A stretch of 64,000 nt of DNA from Candidatus Bathyarchaeota archaeon. Lineage in GTDB: Archaea > Thermoproteota > Bathyarchaeia > Bathyarchaeales > Bathycorpusculaceae. Shown here one piece after another: positions 61,377 to 64,000 of the stretch. The notes under the pieces are model-generated. The model was not told the DNA's origin, made no database searches, and saw only the letters and a program-made list of their open reading frames with translations. The position numbers and the translations under genes were made by a program. The stretch's first letter is position 1; each line of letters opens with the position of its first letter. The stretch is from assembly GCA_963702095.1 (NCBI GenBank), contig OY969706.1:2176001-2240000 (forward strand), written 5' to 3'.

Positions 61377-61567
61377 CTGACTGTTTTTTGAACGATTTTT
61401 TTGTCGTTTCCTTGAATTTTTTAATGGAAGCAGTTTGAGGAAAACGCCTCAACCAGCCAGCAACCCAGCGGGATAACAGAATCCAAAATACAGTCGTCTG
61501 CCAAGTCCGCTGGAAGAAGAAGAGTAAGGGCAAGCCTGCCTTCATCTAACACTAGAAAAACAAAAGC

Positions 61568-62413
61568 TCAGACAATTTTGCTATTTTCAAGCTTTTTTAG
61601 CATGCTGCCTGTGCGGTAACCTTCCAAATCAAACGTCACGTAAGTAAACCCCAACCCCTTGAGCGCCAAAACCACCCGATCCATAACTGATTCATCAAGG
61701 AATAGTTTGCGCTCTTCTTCGCCGACTTCTATGCGGGCTAATCCGTCGTGGTCTCGAACCCTCAGCTGGCGAACAGGCACGATCTCCTCGATGGCTTGCT
61801 CAGCTTGGTAAATGCGGCTCAGTTTCTCAGCGGTTATAGGCTGATTGAACGGTATCCGTGAAGCCAGACATGCGTGTGAGGGCTTATCGTAGACCGTTAA
61901 GCCGAGGTTTTTGGCTACTTGGCGGATTTCGTCTTTGCTAAATTTAGTTGCGACCCAGGGGCTGTAAACGCCGTGGGTTTCCTGTACCGCCCTAAAGCCG
62001 GGTCGGTGTTCGCTTAGGTCGTTGAAGTTGGTGCCTTCAAACACCACTGAGTAGCCGTGTTGATGGGCGAATTTGAGGAGGTTTTGGAGAAGCTCCTTTT
62101 TGCAGTGGTAGCAGCGGTCTGTGGGGTTTCGGCGGAAATCTTCGTTTTCCAATTCGTGGGTGTGTATGACGTAGAGGTCTATGGCTATGTCTTTGGCAAG
62201 TTGCTGGGCATTCCGCAAATCCTTAGGCGTGTAAGTGGGCGATTGCGCGATGATGGCTACTGCTTTTGAACCCAGAACTTGATGTGTGATTGCCGCCAAG
62301 GTGGCGCTGTCTACGCCGCCTGAAAACGCGATGACGACGCCGTCTTTGCCCTTATCAGCTATGAATGCCTTGAGCTCTTCTATTTTTTGTTCTAAGGATT
62401 CCACGTTAATCAC
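61568..62413 (-). CDS. larE: ATP-dependent sulfur transferase LarE (NPN cofactor)
   Basis: PP-loop AFSGGVDS, RCYHCK, HRPG, ACLASRIP, LRVRDH..ARIEV, DLEGYRTGS. Confidence 0.93.
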   Translation of the reverse strand: MINVESLEQKIEELKAFIADKGKDGVVIAFSGGVDSATLAAITHQVLGSKAVAIIAQSPTYTPKDLRNAQQLAKDIAIDLYVIHTHELENEDFRRNPTDRCYHCKKELLQNLLKFAHQHGYSVVFEGTNFNDLSEHRPGFRAVQETHGVYSPWVATKFSKDEIRQVAKNLGLTVYDKPSHACLASRIPFNQPITAEKLSRIYQAEQAIEEIVPVRQLRVRDHDGLARIEVGEEERKLFLDESVMDRVVLALKGLGFTYVTFDLEGYRTGSMLKKLENSKIV

Positions 62414-63665
62414 CTACTTTTTTGGGATAGGCAGCTTGGGCTTTAGTTACGGCTAAGTCGAGGAGTTCACGCAGCGGCACCTTGGTTTTCTCCGCCAACC
62501 TTTTGAGGTCCTCATACTCGGGTTTTATACGGATGACTTTGCCCTCTGAATCCTTGGAGATTTTAACGCGCACCGATTCTCTGTTGCCCATAACCACTAA
62601 ATCAACCATAAGCAACTCCCTGCTGATGATGTGTCGTTGGCAATAGTAAACCCTGACACCCAAGGTGCCTGTCTCCGCTATGAGGAGTTTTGAGAGATAA
62701 GCAACGTCTCTTTGGTCAGCAACGATTTTTACGATGTGTCCGGGACGGTTCTTTTTAGTTACGGTGGGGATTACGCTGACGTCTTTGGCGCCTGCCTCTA
62801 TCAGTCGGTCGATGGCGTAGCCGAGGACTTCGCCCGAGGCGTCGTCGATGTTTGTTTCTAAAACTGCGATCTCTTCATGGGAGGATTCTTCTGCGAGGGG
62901 TGTGCCGAGTGTGAGTCGCAGAACCGCAGGCATCCCTGGGAACTCTTTGGTTCCAGCGCCATACCCCACTTTGAGGGGCATAATCTGGGGGTAGAAACGG
63001 TTGACTTCAGTCGCCAAATTCACCAGTAAAGCCGCGCCGGTGGGGGTTGCAAGTTCCTTTTCGATTGGTCCGCCGTGGAAGGGGAAGTTTTTGATTTGCA
63101 GAATCGCCAGTGTAGCTGGGGCGGGAGCGGAGACTATGCCGTGGGAAAACTTGAAGGTGCCACCGCCAACCGCCAGAGGAGTCGAGTAAACCTTGCCTTC
63201 GAAAACGTGTAAATCATCCAGTGCGACGGCGCAACCCAGGATCTCCGCGGCTGTATCGACCAGCGCTACTTCATGGAGGTGTGCTTCGTCGAAACCGGTT
63301 TTGTGCAAGTCAGCTTCTACCGTCACTATGGTGTGGATGACTTTGGAGGCGTATTCTCTTGCGTTATTGGACATGTAAATGTTGGCTGCAGCGTTCTCCA
63401 CTATCTTGATTAGTTGGTTGCCGTGGCGTTTTTCTGTGGCGGTGGAGGTTACGTTGATTTGAGTGGCGCGGAATTCCCCCCGCATCACCTCGTCGATTGC
63501 TATGTCGATGTGTTCGTAGCCGTACTCTGGGTTCTCCAGCACCTTAATGGCGGTTATGACACGTTCGACGTTGGCGCCTAAATCCAAAAGCGCCCCAAGC
63601 AGCATGTCACCTGCAACTCCTGAGGCGGTGCAGTCGATAACAAGAATTCTTTTGTTTTCACCCAT
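62406..63665 (-). CDS. larC: Nickel insertase LarC
   Basis: SGVAGDMLLGAL, HLHEV..D, HGIVSAPAPAT, ELATPTGAA, LETNIDD, KKNRPG, ETGTLGVR, KPEYED. Confidence 0.95.
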   Translation of the reverse strand: MGENKRILVIDCTASGVAGDMLLGALLDLGANVERVITAIKVLENPEYGYEHIDIAIDEVMRGEFRATQINVTSTATEKRHGNQLIKIVENAAANIYMSNNAREYASKVIHTIVTVEADLHKTGFDEAHLHEVALVDTAAEILGCAVALDDLHVFEGKVYSTPLAVGGGTFKFSHGIVSAPAPATLAILQIKNFPFHGGPIEKELATPTGAALLVNLATEVNRFYPQIMPLKVGYGAGTKEFPGMPAVLRLTLGTPLAEESSHEEIAVLETNIDDASGEVLGYAIDRLIEAGAKDVSVIPTVTKKNRPGHIVKIVADQRDVAYLSKLLIAETGTLGVRVYYCQRHIISRELLMVDLVVMGNRESVRVKISKDSEGKVIRIKPEYEDLKRLAEKTKVPLRELLDLAVTKAQAAYPKKVGD

Positions 63666-63745
63666 AGTGTATCACAAAACCCATGGTTTACCAAGCAAGC
63701 ATAATAGATATATTGTTAAGGCTTTTTTTAAGTATTGTCTGTTCT

Positions 63746-64000
63746 ATGCAAACAATAAAAGAAATCCTCGACAAAGTTTCATGTGGAGAGCTTTCGGTGG
63801 CTGAAGCCGAGAAGATGCTCAAGTTGCTCTCGGTCGAGGAATTGGGCTGCCTAGCTAAACTCGATGGCAACCGTGAGTTGCGCAAGGGTGTGCCCGAAGT
63901 GGTTTTGGCAGAAGGCAAAACACCAGCGGACGTCGCTGAAATCTGCGATGTGATGCTTGCGAATTGTGGCAGAGTGATCGTGAGCAGAGCAGACAAAGAC
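63746..64000 (+). CDS. larB: LarB (NPN cofactor carboxylase/hydrolase), 5' part only; absent from the ORF track
   Basis: MQTIKEILDKV..AKLDGNRELRKGVPEVVLAEGKT..RVIVSR; divergent from larC. Confidence 0.88.
   Translation, partial: MQTIKEILDKVSCGELSVAEAEKMLKLLSVEELGCLAKLDGNRELRKGVPEVVLAEGKTPADVAEICDVMLANCGRVIVSRADKD

Noticed and set aside
63688-63996. 102-aa minus-strand ORF
   Set aside because: Antisense shadow of larB, which starts at 63746 on the + strand

Overview
Archaeal chromosomal window, most likely Bathyarchaeia. This is an inference from the TrmB/MEDS and PocR-PAS-GAF sensors, Kelch and anchored surface proteins, archaeal TATA/BRE promoters and a tRNA-Leu with a non-canonical BHB intron. 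1-4.6 kb holds one-component sensors. 4.7-15.7 kb is the most unusual part: a repeat-delimited accessory region with a C-family (cbb3-type) O2 reductase module in a rearranged form (ccoN, a tri-haem CcoO+CcoP-cytochrome fusion, an unannotated ccoS, a stand-alone CcoP N-terminal anchor), its own CcmF and a DUF420-like protein. It is followed by vapBC and a heliorhodopsin-fasciclin-SOUL cassette bracketed by ~185-bp direct repeats. 16.4-49.6 kb is a large surface-glycosylation locus (pseudaminic-acid-like nonulosonate pathway, GT2/GT4, Dol-P-sugar synthases, several GT-C-like membrane proteins, flippase-like protein). 49.6-53.8 kb is a small island of secreted proteins. 53.8-64 kb carries housekeeping-type genes, a B12/radical-SAM enzyme, tRNA-Leu(TAA), a candidate ~155-nt structured ncRNA and larE/larC/larB. 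Several genes are split by single-base indels in short homopolymers, probably long-read assembly errors. All assignments come from motif recognition by eye; no searches were run.
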